Under the pieces are notes generated by a model that had not been told where the DNA came from, did no database searches, and saw only the letters and a program-made list of their open reading frames with translations. This document shows positions 1 to 8,648 of a DNA stretch of 46,872 nucleotides, one piece after another. Both the position numbers and the translations under genes were made by a program. The number at the start of each line of letters is the position of its first letter. Position 1 is the stretch's first letter. Origin of the DNA: Dehalococcoidales bacterium (GTDB taxonomy: Bacteria; Chloroflexota; Dehalococcoidia; Dehalococcoidales; UBA5760); the NCBI GenBank assembly GCA_021161775.1, contig JAGGZY010000050.1:1-46872 (forward strand), in the 5' to 3' direction.

Positions 1-2514
1 CCCCTCACTACAATCGTGGCTGGCACTTACCAGTCCCTTACCGGTGGCTATACTCAGCCGGTCCATTAGTTGTTTAGCCAGCTTGGGGTTTACCTTAGGC
101 ACCCGGTTGCCGATAGCACCATAGGTCCTGAAATATTCCGACCCCCCTAGCTCATCCCAGGTAGTGCCTACAATATAGATTAGGTTCCCGGCTTTCTTGA
201 AGTCCATCGAGATGGCGTTAGTTACCTTCTCCATAACCCCCACCGCCGAGATAAGCAGGGTATGGGGGATAGAGGTAACCCTGCCCTGTTCCTCAAACTC
301 GTTATACATACTGTCCTTGCCCGAGATAAACGGGGTTTCATAGACGATGGACATATCGTAGCAGGCTTGAGCTGCCCTCACCAGAGCGCCGAGGATATCG
401 GGCTGGCGAACATTGCCCCAGCAGAAGTTATCCAGTAGTGCCACCCGGGAGAGGTTACCCCCCACAGCGATAATCTGCCTTAGGGCTTCGTCAATTGCCG
501 ACGCCGCCATCCAGTAGGGGTCAATATCCCCATATCGGGGGTTGATGCCGTTAGCCACGATAGCTCCTCTATCCGAGTCCAGTATTGGTCGGATGATAGC
601 AGCATCACCGGGACCATCATTGTCTTTGCCGACCAGCGGCTTAAGCACACTGCCTCCCTGAACCTCGTGGTCATACTGGCGGATGACCCATTCCTTGCTA
701 CACACATTTAGCGAACCTAGAATCTGGCATAGCGGCTTAGCTAGGTTCCGGGGACAACTGAAGTCAGGCTCAGCGTGTTTTGGCGGTATCCATTCAGCCT
801 CTCGGGTTATTTGAGGGTAGCCATCGTGGAGGAATTCCATCTCCAGGTTGCCTACCGGATTCCCCTGATAAAATAGTTTAAGCTGCTTATCACTGGTGAA
901 TCTACCGATAACTGCAGACGTAACATTCTCGCTGGCTAATAGTTCTTGTAGCTCGTCAATATGCGATGGGGGGACAGCCAGTAACATCCTTTCCTGAGAT
1001 TCGGATATCCATATTTCGCTATAGGAGAGCCCTTGATACTTCAGCGGAACCTTGTCCAGATAGACTTCTACTCCGGTATCTTTTCCCATCTCTCCGACGG
1101 CTGAGGAGAGCCCCCCACCTCCACAGTCGGTGATTCGGGAGTAGAGTCCTCGGTCTCTGGCCTGGAGCAGGATATCAATTACCTTTTTCTCCACAATAGG
1201 GTTACCAATCTGTACTGCGCTAAAGGAACCGCTGCTGGACTGGTCGGTGAGCTGTTCCGAGGCAAAGGTAACCCCATGGATGCCGTCACGCCCAGTTTTA
1301 CCTCCTACTACTACTACCATATCCCCGGGTTGTTGCTTTCCTGCCTTCGCCATTTGCCGAGGCATCAGCCCTAGGGTGCCGCAGAAGACGAGGGGATTAG
1401 CCAGATAGCGGTCATCAAACAGCACTGCCCCGTTGGAGGTGGGTATCCCTAGCCGGTTACCATAATCGGCGACCCCGGCGCGGACCCCCTGGAAGATACG
1501 ACGGGGATGGAGAACCCCGGAGGGTAACTTTTCATAGGGGAAATCAGGGGAGGCAAAGCAGAAAACATCGGTATTCAGTATGGGTTTAGCGCCCCCTCCG
1601 GTGCCTAAGGGGTCGCGAACTACCCCCCCTATCCCGGTGGCAGCGCCTCCGTAGGGTTCAATCGCCGAGGGGTGATTGTGGGTCTCTACCTTGAAACACA
1701 GCGCCCACTGCTCGTCAAAGGCAATCACCCCAGCATTATCCTCAAAAACCGACAGGCACCACGGTTTAGCCAGCTCTTGGGTGGCTCTAAAAATGGTATG
1801 CTTAATTAGGTTATCGATGGTTTTATTACCCCAGTTGACCTTAGCCTTAAATGTTTTGTGAACACAATGCTCCGACCAGGTTTGAGCCAGGGTTTCCAGC
1901 TCAACATCGGTAGGGTTTCGCCCCTGCCGCTGGAAATAGGCGGTAACTGCCCTTAGCTCATCATCACTGAACCCGAACTGCTGACCAGCCTGGCTAAGCG
2001 CTACCTCGTTTAGGCTGAATCTATAGCGCGGGTTTTCAAGAAAGACAGCTGGTTCCTGTTTAACTACATGCTGAATGATAGGGTTTACCAGTAGCCTGGT
2101 AGCTATCGCCTCAAGCTGTGATTTATCCAGTTGCCCCCAAATAAGGTATCGGGTGGCGGTTTTAATGGCTCTGACACCTATCCCCAAGTCACTGAGGGCT
2201 TTAATAATGGTGGTCTCAATGGGGTCGGTAACCCCGGCATTATAGGTAACCTCGACCGTATGATAATCTCCGCTGATGATTCCTTCGTCGGAGAAATTTT
2301 GGTCATATTGGTACTGCTGGGTTACTGGGTCGGCGAGAAGGTCGCCGCAGATAAGGTCTAGCTTAGCGGGGGTTAGCTCAGCATCTAGCCAGTAGATGTC
2401 CACCACCCGAACCTTGGTAACCGAATCTATCCCCAGGTCAGTTATTGCCTTGACCAGACCCTCGCCTCGGGCATCAGGTAGCGATTCTTTTAGCCGAATC
2501 TCAATTCTATGCAT
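1..2514 (-). CDS. purL: Phosphoribosylformylglycinamidine synthase PurL with N-terminal PurS-like domain (3' end runs off the window)
   Basis: Not in the ORF track because it is open to the window edge. ATG at 2514 reads MHRIEIRLKESLPDARGEGL...; PurL motifs AQTWSEHCVHKTF, KVETHNHPSAIEPYGGAATG, ITDCGGGGLSSA, SESQERM and WVIRQYDHEVQ are readable on the reverse strand. Confidence 0.93.
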   Translation of the reverse strand, partial: MHRIEIRLKESLPDARGEGLVKAITDLGIDSVTKVRVVDIYWLDAELTPAKLDLICGDLLADPVTQQYQYDQNFSDEGIISGDYHTVEVTYNAGVTDPIETTIIKALSDLGIGVRAIKTATRYLIWGQLDKSQLEAIATRLLVNPIIQHVVKQEPAVFLENPRYRFSLNEVALSQAGQQFGFSDDELRAVTAYFQRQGRNPTDVELETLAQTWSEHCVHKTFKAKVNWGNKTIDNLIKHTIFRATQELAKPWCLSVFEDNAGVIAFDEQWALCFKVETHNHPSAIEPYGGAATGIGGVVRDPLGTGGGAKPILNTDVFCFASPDFPYEKLPSGVLHPRRIFQGVRAGVADYGNRLGIPTSNGAVLFDDRYLANPLVFCGTLGLMPRQMAKAGKQQPGDMVVVVGGKTGRDGIHGVTFASEQLTDQSSSGSFSAVQIGNPIVEKKVIDILLQARDRGLYSRITDCGGGGLSSAVGEMGKDTGVEVYLDKVPLKYQGLSYSEIWISESQERMLLAVPPSHIDELQELLASENVTSAVIGRFTSDKQLKLFYQGNPVGNLEMEFLHDGYPQITREAEWIPPKHAEPDFSCPRNLAKPLCQILGSLNVCSKEWVIRQYDHEVQGGSVLKPLVGKDNDGPGDAAIIRPILDSDRGAIVANGINPRYGDIDPYWMAASAIDEALRQIIAVGGNLSRVALLDNFCWGNVRQPDILGALVRAAQACYDMSIVYETPFISGKDSMYNEFEEQGRVTSIPHTLLISAVGVMEKVTNAISMDFKKAGNLIYIVGTTWDELGGSEYFRTYGAIGNRVPKVNPKLAKQLMDRLSIATGKGLVSASHDCSEG

Positions 2515-2563
2515 CAGCCTATTTCAATCCTATAGATTAGCTTATCCGGCTTGCCGAAAGTCT

Positions 2564-2585
2564 TAGAGGGGCTAACGCCCCTCTA
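2564..2585. terminator. GC-rich hairpin between yqeY and purL (terminator or REP-like)
   Basis: TAGAGGGGC-TAAC-GCCCCTCTA, perfect 9-bp stem with no clear U-tract. Confidence 0.45.
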
Positions 2586-2625
2586 TCTAATTATATAGTA
2601 GCTTCCTGAATCTTTACCCCACATA

Positions 2626-3075
2626 CTATGAACTCAGTAACTCGGTAACGATGCTATTTATCTCGCTGCCATCGGCTCTTCCCTTAAGCTGGGGGATAAT
2701 CCGGGACATCACCTTCCCCTTATCCCGGGGGCCCTGAGCACCGACTTCCTCGATTACCTTACGAACCTGGGTAACGACATCCTCCCGGCCTAACGGCTCG
2801 GGCAGATATCCCTGAAGGATAGCCAGCTCGGTTTCCTCTTTGGCTACCAGGTCGTGGCGGTCTCCCTGCTTAAAGGCATCAATACTTTCGTGATGTTGCT
2901 TAACCCCCTTGGCAATAATCCCCAGAATATCGGCATCACTCAGGGTTGCCCGCTTAGCAATCTCCACATTATGGATGGCCGCCAGTAGCATACGTAACAC
3001 AGAACGTTTGGTCTCATCCCTGGCTTTCATGGCTTGCTTGAGGTCATCGGTTAACTTCTGTTTGAGTTCAGTCAC
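2626..3075 (-). CDS. GatB/YqeY domain protein
   Basis: LTDDLKQAMKARDE...IDAFKQGDRHDLVAKEETEL...DKGKVM...RADG, typical YqeY pattern. Confidence 0.9.
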   Translation of the reverse strand: MTELKQKLTDDLKQAMKARDETKRSVLRMLLAAIHNVEIAKRATLSDADILGIIAKGVKQHHESIDAFKQGDRHDLVAKEETELAILQGYLPEPLGREDVVTQVRKVIEEVGAQGPRDKGKVMSRIIPQLKGRADGSEINSIVTELLSS

Positions 3076-3173
3076 CTTAATTACTCCTACCCGGATAAAT
3101 CTATTTTAATTGGCTCGGGCTACCCTGTCAAGGAATCCTGGCGTTATTAGGCGGGGCGAGGACTGGTTAGTTC

Positions 3174-3237
3174 TTGCCATTTGGCTAAGATTTCCGAATT
3201 ATGTTCTATTGACATTTGCCATTTGGCGAATTATAAT
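3174..3237 (+). promoter_or_regulatory. Consensus sigma70 promoter with two palindromic operators
   Basis: TTGACA 3209-3214, 17 bp, TATAAT 3232-3237; TTGCCATTTGGC(T/G)AA at 3174-3188 and 3216-3230. Confidence 0.8.
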
Positions 3238-3243
3238 GTCATT

Positions 3244-3648
3244 ATGGATAGTGGTAAAATACTCAGTTTAGGTGAGATAATCAGACAACAGCGGCTCATG
3301 ATGTCGCTGACTCAGGGGGAATTAGCCAAGAAGTCGGGGGTATCCCCATCGCATTTGGGCCGCATCGAGAAGGGAGAGCGTTTCCCTTCCGCCCGTATCC
3401 TGCGCCGGATTGCGGGACCGCTAGGTTTTGATGAGAATGAGTTATTTGCTCTGGCGGGTTATCTGTCATCCCCTTCCCCGGGTATTGCTGAGGAGGGGGC
3501 TTCCTATGTGGGGGGTGGACGACTTGACCCTTATGTTGGTAAAGTATTATCACAGGAACCAGTTGAGGTGCAGCGGGCAGTAATTGGCGTCCTTAGTCTG
3601 CTAAAGGGTATTGCCAAGGGCATACCTCAGGAGCGGCTTAAAGACTGA
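3244..3648 (+). CDS. XRE-family HTH transcriptional regulator (likely leaderless; start revised from 3181)
   Basis: LTQGELAKKSGVSPSHLGRIEKGERFPS HTH_3 motif; ATG lies 6 nt after the -10 box. Confidence 0.88.
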   Translation: MDSGKILSLGEIIRQQRLMMSLTQGELAKKSGVSPSHLGRIEKGERFPSARILRRIAGPLGFDENELFALAGYLSSPSPGIAEEGASYVGGGRLDPYVGKVLSQEPVEVQRAVIGVLSLLKGIAKGIPQERLKD

Positions 3649-3691
3649 CTACCAGTGGCTTGAGTTATGTCTCTCGGGCTAGGGAGAGAAG

Positions 3692-4381
3692 ATGAAGATT
3701 CTGATTATTGAGGATGACTCGGAGATTGTGGAGGCAGTTTCACTGTGTTTTCAACTGCGTTGGAGTGGGGCTACCGTAATCTCAGCGACTCAGGGGGCTA
3801 AGGGGCTGGACCTGGTTGAAACTGAGACCCCCGATCTGGTTGTTCTGGATATAGGACTCCCCGATATGGACGGCTTTAAGGTTCTCCGTGAGATACGGCA
3901 GTTCTCTCAAGTGCCGGTGATAATGCTGACGGTGAGGGGTGAGGATACTGATGTAGCTAAGGGGCTGGAGCTGGGGGCTGATGACTATATAACCAAGCCC
4001 TTCAGTCATATTGAACTGCTGGCTCGGGTACAGGCAGTGTTGCGTCGTGCCCAGGGGGTGTCAGTTACCGGTGATGAGCGTCCCTTTGTTAGTGGTAAGC
4101 TCTCGGTTGATTTCGCCAGTAGGACGGTCAAGATAAATGGCCAGCCGATAAAGCTTACTTTTACCGAATACCGGCTACTCTACTATCTCATCAAGAATGA
4201 GGGGCGACTGCTTACTCACGAGAATCTGTTAAATAAGGTGTGGGGCGAGGGTTATACTGAAGCCAGAGACCTACTCCGGGTGCATATTCAGCACCTGAGG
4301 CAGAAATTAGGGGATAGCGCTGAATCCCCGAAGATTATCGTTACCGAGCACGGGATGGGCTATAAATTCGTCCGACCTTGA
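3692..4381 (+). CDS. OmpR/PhoB-family response regulator
   Basis: REC domain (IEDD, LDIGLPDMDG, GADDYITKPF) plus winged helix (LTFTEYRLL, LRVHIQHLRQKL, GMGYKF). Confidence 0.95.
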   Translation: MKILIIEDDSEIVEAVSLCFQLRWSGATVISATQGAKGLDLVETETPDLVVLDIGLPDMDGFKVLREIRQFSQVPVIMLTVRGEDTDVAKGLELGADDYITKPFSHIELLARVQAVLRRAQGVSVTGDERPFVSGKLSVDFASRTVKINGQPIKLTFTEYRLLYYLIKNEGRLLTHENLLNKVWGEGYTEARDLLRVHIQHLRQKLGDSAESPKIIVTEHGMGYKFVRP

Positions 4382-4406
4382 GTCCCTGCTGGTGATTTCC
4401 TCCGTT

Positions 4407-4483
4407 TTTATGAAATCTTCACAGAATCTTTACGGAATATTTATTATTTTTATGCCTGCCTTTATACCTGTCTGTTAGATTTA
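4407..4483 (+). promoter_or_regulatory. Promoter with ~11-bp-phased TTTA/TTCA boxes, copy 1
   Basis: Boxes at 4407, 4418, 4429, 4440, 4449, 4461; extended -10 TGtTAGATT ending 4481; 71/77 identical to 5737-5813. Confidence 0.75.
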
Positions 4484-4516
4484 AGCTATAGGATTACTAA
4501 TCGGAGGAATTAGGAA

Positions 4517-5335
4517 ATGGAAAAAATTACAGTTGTTATCTCGGATTGGCAGGTATTCTTCAGGGAAGGGATACACTTCATCCTTTCCAGCGAAGATGAT
4601 ATTGAGGTCATTGGTGAAGCTACCACCAATGAGGAAACTCTGGCTCTCATTGAAGCTGACCCGCCAGCGGTGGCTATTCTAGATATGGGGCATAGCGATG
4701 TCAGTGGTGTTGAGGCAACGCGGCGGATTAAGCGAAACTTCCCCTCAGTAGGGGTAATTTTAATTATTGATGATTATGATGAGGAACAGCTTTTCTTAGC
4801 CGCCAGGGGTGGGGTGAATGCCTACATAACCAAGGAGTCTAGCCCTGATGAGCTGGTTAGTGCTGTTAGGGAGGTAACTCAGGGTAACTGCCCGATAAGT
4901 AAGGTTCTGCTCATTCCTGATATAGCTTCCCGGGTGCTTGATGAATTCCGGGAATTTCCGTTGATGGAAGGGCAGATGAGTAGCCTGCTAGCTCGCCTGT
5001 CGCCAATGGAGAACGAGCTGCTGCATCATCTCACTCAGGGAGCTTCGTCTCAGCAGGTCGCCCAGGTGCTAGATATCGCCGAGCCGGATATTCTCCATCA
5101 CCTCGGAATTATTCTGTCTAAGCTGGTAACTAACCGTCGTAACCTGGAGATGATTGAAACTGCCCAGAGCAGCCTGCGTCCTATCTCCGGGGTGAGTAAG
5201 CCCACTATGGGGTATATAACCAGGGATGAGTTTGCCAGCTTCAAACAGGATTTGATAGCGCGTCTGGAGACCTTTATCAGTCGAATTGAGATGAGTGCCG
5301 GTGGGTTAGCGGGGAGTCGGAATGATAAAGAATAG
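4517..5335 (+). CDS. NarL/LuxR-type response regulator with degenerate motifs and C-terminal extension
   Basis: VVISDWQVFFREGI, ILDMG, AYITK REC domain; LSPMENELLHHL...VAQVLDI LuxR-like HTH. Confidence 0.8.
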   Translation: MEKITVVISDWQVFFREGIHFILSSEDDIEVIGEATTNEETLALIEADPPAVAILDMGHSDVSGVEATRRIKRNFPSVGVILIIDDYDEEQLFLAARGGVNAYITKESSPDELVSAVREVTQGNCPISKVLLIPDIASRVLDEFREFPLMEGQMSSLLARLSPMENELLHHLTQGASSQQVAQVLDIAEPDILHHLGIILSKLVTNRRNLEMIETAQSSLRPISGVSKPTMGYITRDEFASFKQDLIARLETFISRIEMSAGGLAGSRNDKE

Positions 5336-5383
5336 CTAGCCAGCCGAGCCGATAAAGGAGCAACCGGGAATAGTCCATTTCCT

Positions 5384-5412
5384 CCCTCCCCCATCAAGGG
5401 GGAGGGTTTTTT
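5384..5412 (+). terminator. Rho-independent terminator
   Basis: CCCTCCCCC-ATCAA-GGGGGAGGG followed by TTTTTT. Confidence 0.85.
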
Positions 5413-5581
5413 ATGGCTAATTGTTTCCCCGATGACTCTCGGGGACTAGAAGATTTTTCTAGAATAGAGACACTTCCTAAGCGAAATACCATAAAGTATC
5501 CTTAACCCAACAAAACTTCACTATTAAGGTGAGTCTAGAGCAGATTGAGCCGTGATGCTTTTAGGGAAGGGGGTGTGGTAG

Positions 5582-5743
5582 ATGGATAACCAGAGGATGA
5601 GGGTGATGTGTGCCTGGTGTGGTCGGGATATGGGGGCAAAGGATGGGCGGGGTATCACTGGGGTGTCTCATGGCTTGTGTGAACAGTGCCGGCGTAGGTT
5701 AGAGCTGAGTATGAGGGGTAAACTGCCCTCCAATTCTTTATGA
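5582..5743 (+). CDS. Small CxxC/CxxC zinc-finger protein (53 aa, below ORF-track cutoff)
   Basis: MDNQRMRVMCAWCGRDMGAKDGRGITGVSHGLCEQCRRRLELSMRGKLPSNSL; CAWC...SHGLCxxC motif; G-rich RBS upstream. Confidence 0.72.
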   Translation: MDNQRMRVMCAWCGRDMGAKDGRGITGVSHGLCEQCRRRLELSMRGKLPSNSL

Positions 5744-5813
5744 AATCCTCATAGAATCTTTACGGAATATTTATCATTTTTATGCCTGCCTTTATGCTTG
5801 TTTGTTAGATTTA
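5737..5813 (+). promoter_or_regulatory. Phased-box promoter, copy 2 (upstream of the sipW-tasA operon)
   Basis: Near-identical to 4407-4483 (6 mismatches in 77 bp), same TGtTAGATT -10. Confidence 0.75.
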
Positions 5814-5963
5814 GGTGGTAAGACTAAAGGGGGTTAAGGAAGCATAGGAATGAATCAGGAAGGAACAACCCCTAAAATTAACGAAATTTTAACGCTAATT
5901 TTAGGGGTGATTAATATCGGCACCTTAAGATGAGAATAGGAATTAGATGATGAGGTTTGGACA

Positions 5964-6764
5964 ATGAAAAAGGTGGCTACTCGGATAACTTTAATAGTGC
6001 TCCTGGTTATTATTGGGGGTTTTGCTTTTCTGAAACTCTCGCCCAACTACAACATATACCTGGTAAGAAGCGAGAGTATGACCCCTAACCTCAATATGGG
6101 GGATATGGTAATTACTGGCCCTGTCAATGGGCTAATAGGGGGAGAGGTGAAACCGGGAGCAGTTGTAACCTACCAGAGGGAAAAGGGACTGGTTACCCAT
6201 CGGGTGTTGTCAATTAATGGAGATACCCTGGTAACCAAGGGGGATGCCGTTGAGGACCCCGACCCTTGGTCGGTTTCCATGTCGGATATCAGGGGTGTCT
6301 ATCTGTTTCGGCTGCCTTCGATAGGTTACGTATCGAATTTCATTAAGACTAAAACCGGCTGGTTATTATTGATAGTGGCACCATCGGCGGTGCTTTTCGG
6401 ACTGCTAATTAGAAGCATTCTCAAGGAGGTGCGGAAGAAGGCTCAAGATGGGGCTCAGGGGGTGGGGATAGTAACTGCCGAAGCGACTAAGTCAGATGAA
6501 ACCACCCCGCAACCGATTGCGCCCACCGGAGGTTCTGGTAAGGAGGTGGCTTACCCCGCGGCTAGGATGGACAGTTCGGAGATGGTAGCTCAGGGGTTAG
6601 TGATGCTTATCCGGGATATGGTTAAAGATTTACGGAGTAGTCCTGATGTAGTAGCTCAGCAGAAAGGAACCGTGGCTCCAGGTACAGCAGAAGTGGATGA
6701 AACTACGAAGCATCTGGTGGCTGCAATTAAAACTGCGGTAGCTGAACTACGAGGCGGTTATTAA
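5964..6764 (+). CDS. sipW: Signal peptidase I, SipW/S26B type
   Basis: VRSESMTP (Ser), VTHRV (His), TKGD motifs; N- and C-terminal TM segments; upstream of TasA-like genes. Confidence 0.88.
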   Translation: MKKVATRITLIVLLVIIGGFAFLKLSPNYNIYLVRSESMTPNLNMGDMVITGPVNGLIGGEVKPGAVVTYQREKGLVTHRVLSINGDTLVTKGDAVEDPDPWSVSMSDIRGVYLFRLPSIGYVSNFIKTKTGWLLLIVAPSAVLFGLLIRSILKEVRKKAQDGAQGVGIVTAEATKSDETTPQPIAPTGGSGKEVAYPAARMDSSEMVAQGLVMLIRDMVKDLRSSPDVVAQQKGTVAPGTAEVDETTKHLVAAIKTAVAELRGGY

Positions 6765-6885
6765 ATATCAGCTTTAAATAAAGGAGGTGATGACAGTCAT
6801 AACAGAGAATTAGAGAAACTACGCAGCGGGTTGTTAGCTCTTAGGTAACTAACGAACAAAAAACAAAAAATAAAAGGAGAAAGAA

Positions 6886-7506
6886 ATGAACAAAAAGATA
6901 ATGGGATTAGCGGTGGCGGCAGCCCTGGTAGTAGGGCTGGTAGGTAGCGGCACCTGGGCATACTTCTCGGACACGGAGCAGAGCACGGACAACAGTCTTT
7001 GTGCTGGAACCCTAGACCTCAACATTGACGGTGGTAACACTGCCAGTAACACCTTCTCGGTAACCGATGTTGCCCCTGGTGACAGTGGTAACGGTAACAA
7101 TGTGCTGGCTAATGTAGGTAGCCTGAATGGTGAGCTGGATGTTGAGTTTTCAGCGATTACCAACACTGGTGGAACCAGTGGTGAGTATGGGGATGGTAGT
7201 GGAGACCTGGGTGGAGTAGCTGAGATAGCGGTGTATCTGGATGTTGACCAGAGTGGTACTTGGACGGATGGAGACATTGGGCTTAAGTCTGATGGTACTA
7301 CCTACAATCATCCAACAGCTCTGGACTACGACACTATCGACAACTATGACAGTGAGAGCTGGGATGCGGTTGAGACAATGGCGGCATCAGCGGCTGATGA
7401 CTTTGTGGCTCTGTGGCGAGTGCCTACTTCAGCGGGGAACAATATTCAGGGTGATTGCGTAAGCTTTGATGTTACCTTCATTCTGGAACAAGCCGACGCT
7501 GACTAG
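6886..7506 (+). CDS. TasA/CalY-family major fibre subunit
   Basis: SipW-type signal GTWA|YFSDTE, AGTLDLNI, APGDSG, NVGSL, NNIQGD; strong RBS AAGGAG. Confidence 0.88.
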   Translation: MNKKIMGLAVAAALVVGLVGSGTWAYFSDTEQSTDNSLCAGTLDLNIDGGNTASNTFSVTDVAPGDSGNGNNVLANVGSLNGELDVEFSAITNTGGTSGEYGDGSGDLGGVAEIAVYLDVDQSGTWTDGDIGLKSDGTTYNHPTALDYDTIDNYDSESWDAVETMAASAADDFVALWRVPTSAGNNIQGDCVSFDVTFILEQADAD

Positions 7507-7542
7507 TAGTTGGTGAGAGCAGAACTAACGGTTAAAGTTTAT

Positions 7543-7576
7543 CGGGGGCTGGGGCCTGGATAAGCCTCAGTCCCCG
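7543..7576 (+). other. Stable hairpin after tasA (mRNA stabiliser or partial terminator)
   Basis: CGGGGGCTGGGGC-N8-GCCTCAGTCCCCG, 13-bp stem with 2 G-U pairs, no U-tract. Confidence 0.55.
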
Positions 7577-7610
7577 GGGACAAAAAATCATTGATAAATA
7601 GGTAAAGGAG

Positions 7611-8624
7611 GTGCCGATAATGAAGAAAGCCCTGCTTCTGCTAGGGGTAATTCTAGGCTCACTACTGAGTGTAGTGGGCACTGGCACCTATGCCTATTTA
7701 AGCGATACCGAAATCTCGGTGAATAACAGTTTGACAGCCTGGGTGGAAGAGACAGCTAAGTTCTTTGTCACCGACGATAGTAGCTGTCCGGATAAGGTGT
7801 TTAAGTATGACGAATCAGGTACCTTTGTGAGTACTTTTGACCTTCCCGCGGGTGATATGAAGCCTTACGGGATGGCGGTGGTGGATAATGATGTTTATGT
7901 CCTTACCCGAAAGGATAAGCAGGTGTATCACTACACCAGCTCCGGGGAACTGGTGGAGATTTCTCGGGTATTACGAGATTCTGCCGGGGGTGGGCTGTGC
8001 CATCCTTCGGGTCTGGCAGTTGATGGTAATGATATGTGGCTGGTAGAGGAAAGTGGCAGCCTGTGTCGCTACTCGCTATCAGCAGCATTCCCCGATGACG
8101 GTAATCCCCTTAATGCGGCTCAGGAGATTAGCCTTTACTATATTAATGACGATGCCAGTGGCTTAGCTATTGATGATAATTATCTCTATGTATTGGATGG
8201 CTGGTTTAAGCGGTTCTTTAAGTATCCTCGCGCTGGATATCCTAAAGGTATCCCTCAGGAAATCCTCTCCATAGAGTCGGAACTAGAAGGGTCCCAGCAG
8301 CCGATGGTAAATCTGAATAAGACAGACTCCGAGACAGGGTTCGTAGAAAGACTCGCTCCTCAGCAGGTGGACCCTCAAAAGTCAGCGGTAAAGAAATTTG
8401 CCAAGCTGGGGTTGGTCTCCAGGGAGTTAAGGCAGGTCAACGGGAAAAAGCTGGGTCAGCCTACCGGGGCAATGTTGGATGATAGCTCAATGTGGGTGGT
8501 AGATAAAACTAAGGTGAAGGTATTTGAGTATGATGTGAGCCAGTTGTTCTCGGGGTTTGGCAGAATAAACGCTGAATGGGAATTCGACCTTGAGCATGAT
8601 AATCATAAACCGGAGGGTATCTAA
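7611..8624 (+). CDS. SipW-signal protein with NHL/YncE-like beta-propeller (probable start ATG 7620)
   Basis: GTYA|YLSDTE signal; repeats PYGMAV...VYV, PSGLAVDG..MW, ASGLAID..LYV, PTGAML..MWVVD. Confidence 0.75.
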   Translation: MPIMKKALLLLGVILGSLLSVVGTGTYAYLSDTEISVNNSLTAWVEETAKFFVTDDSSCPDKVFKYDESGTFVSTFDLPAGDMKPYGMAVVDNDVYVLTRKDKQVYHYTSSGELVEISRVLRDSAGGGLCHPSGLAVDGNDMWLVEESGSLCRYSLSAAFPDDGNPLNAAQEISLYYINDDASGLAIDDNYLYVLDGWFKRFFKYPRAGYPKGIPQEILSIESELEGSQQPMVNLNKTDSETGFVERLAPQQVDPQKSAVKKFAKLGLVSRELRQVNGKKLGQPTGAMLDDSSMWVVDKTKVKVFEYDVSQLFSGFGRINAEWEFDLEHDNHKPEGI

Positions 8625-8648
8625 ATTTGGGATAGATATTAAACGATT

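Noticed and set aside
480-2361. Short ORFs 480..707, 1676..1861 and 2131..2361
   Set aside because: They lie inside purL in other frames. The same applies to most short antisense ORFs nested in long genes across the window.
3195-3207. LexA box in CGAATTATGTTCT upstream of the XRE gene
   Set aside because: Only one half-site; spacing does not fit GAAC-N4-GTTC.
4407-5813. CRISPR array or riboswitch in the duplicated intergenic sequence
   Set aside because: No repeat-spacer periodicity, no cas genes and no recognisable aptamer; the pattern fits DNA-binding boxes plus a -10.
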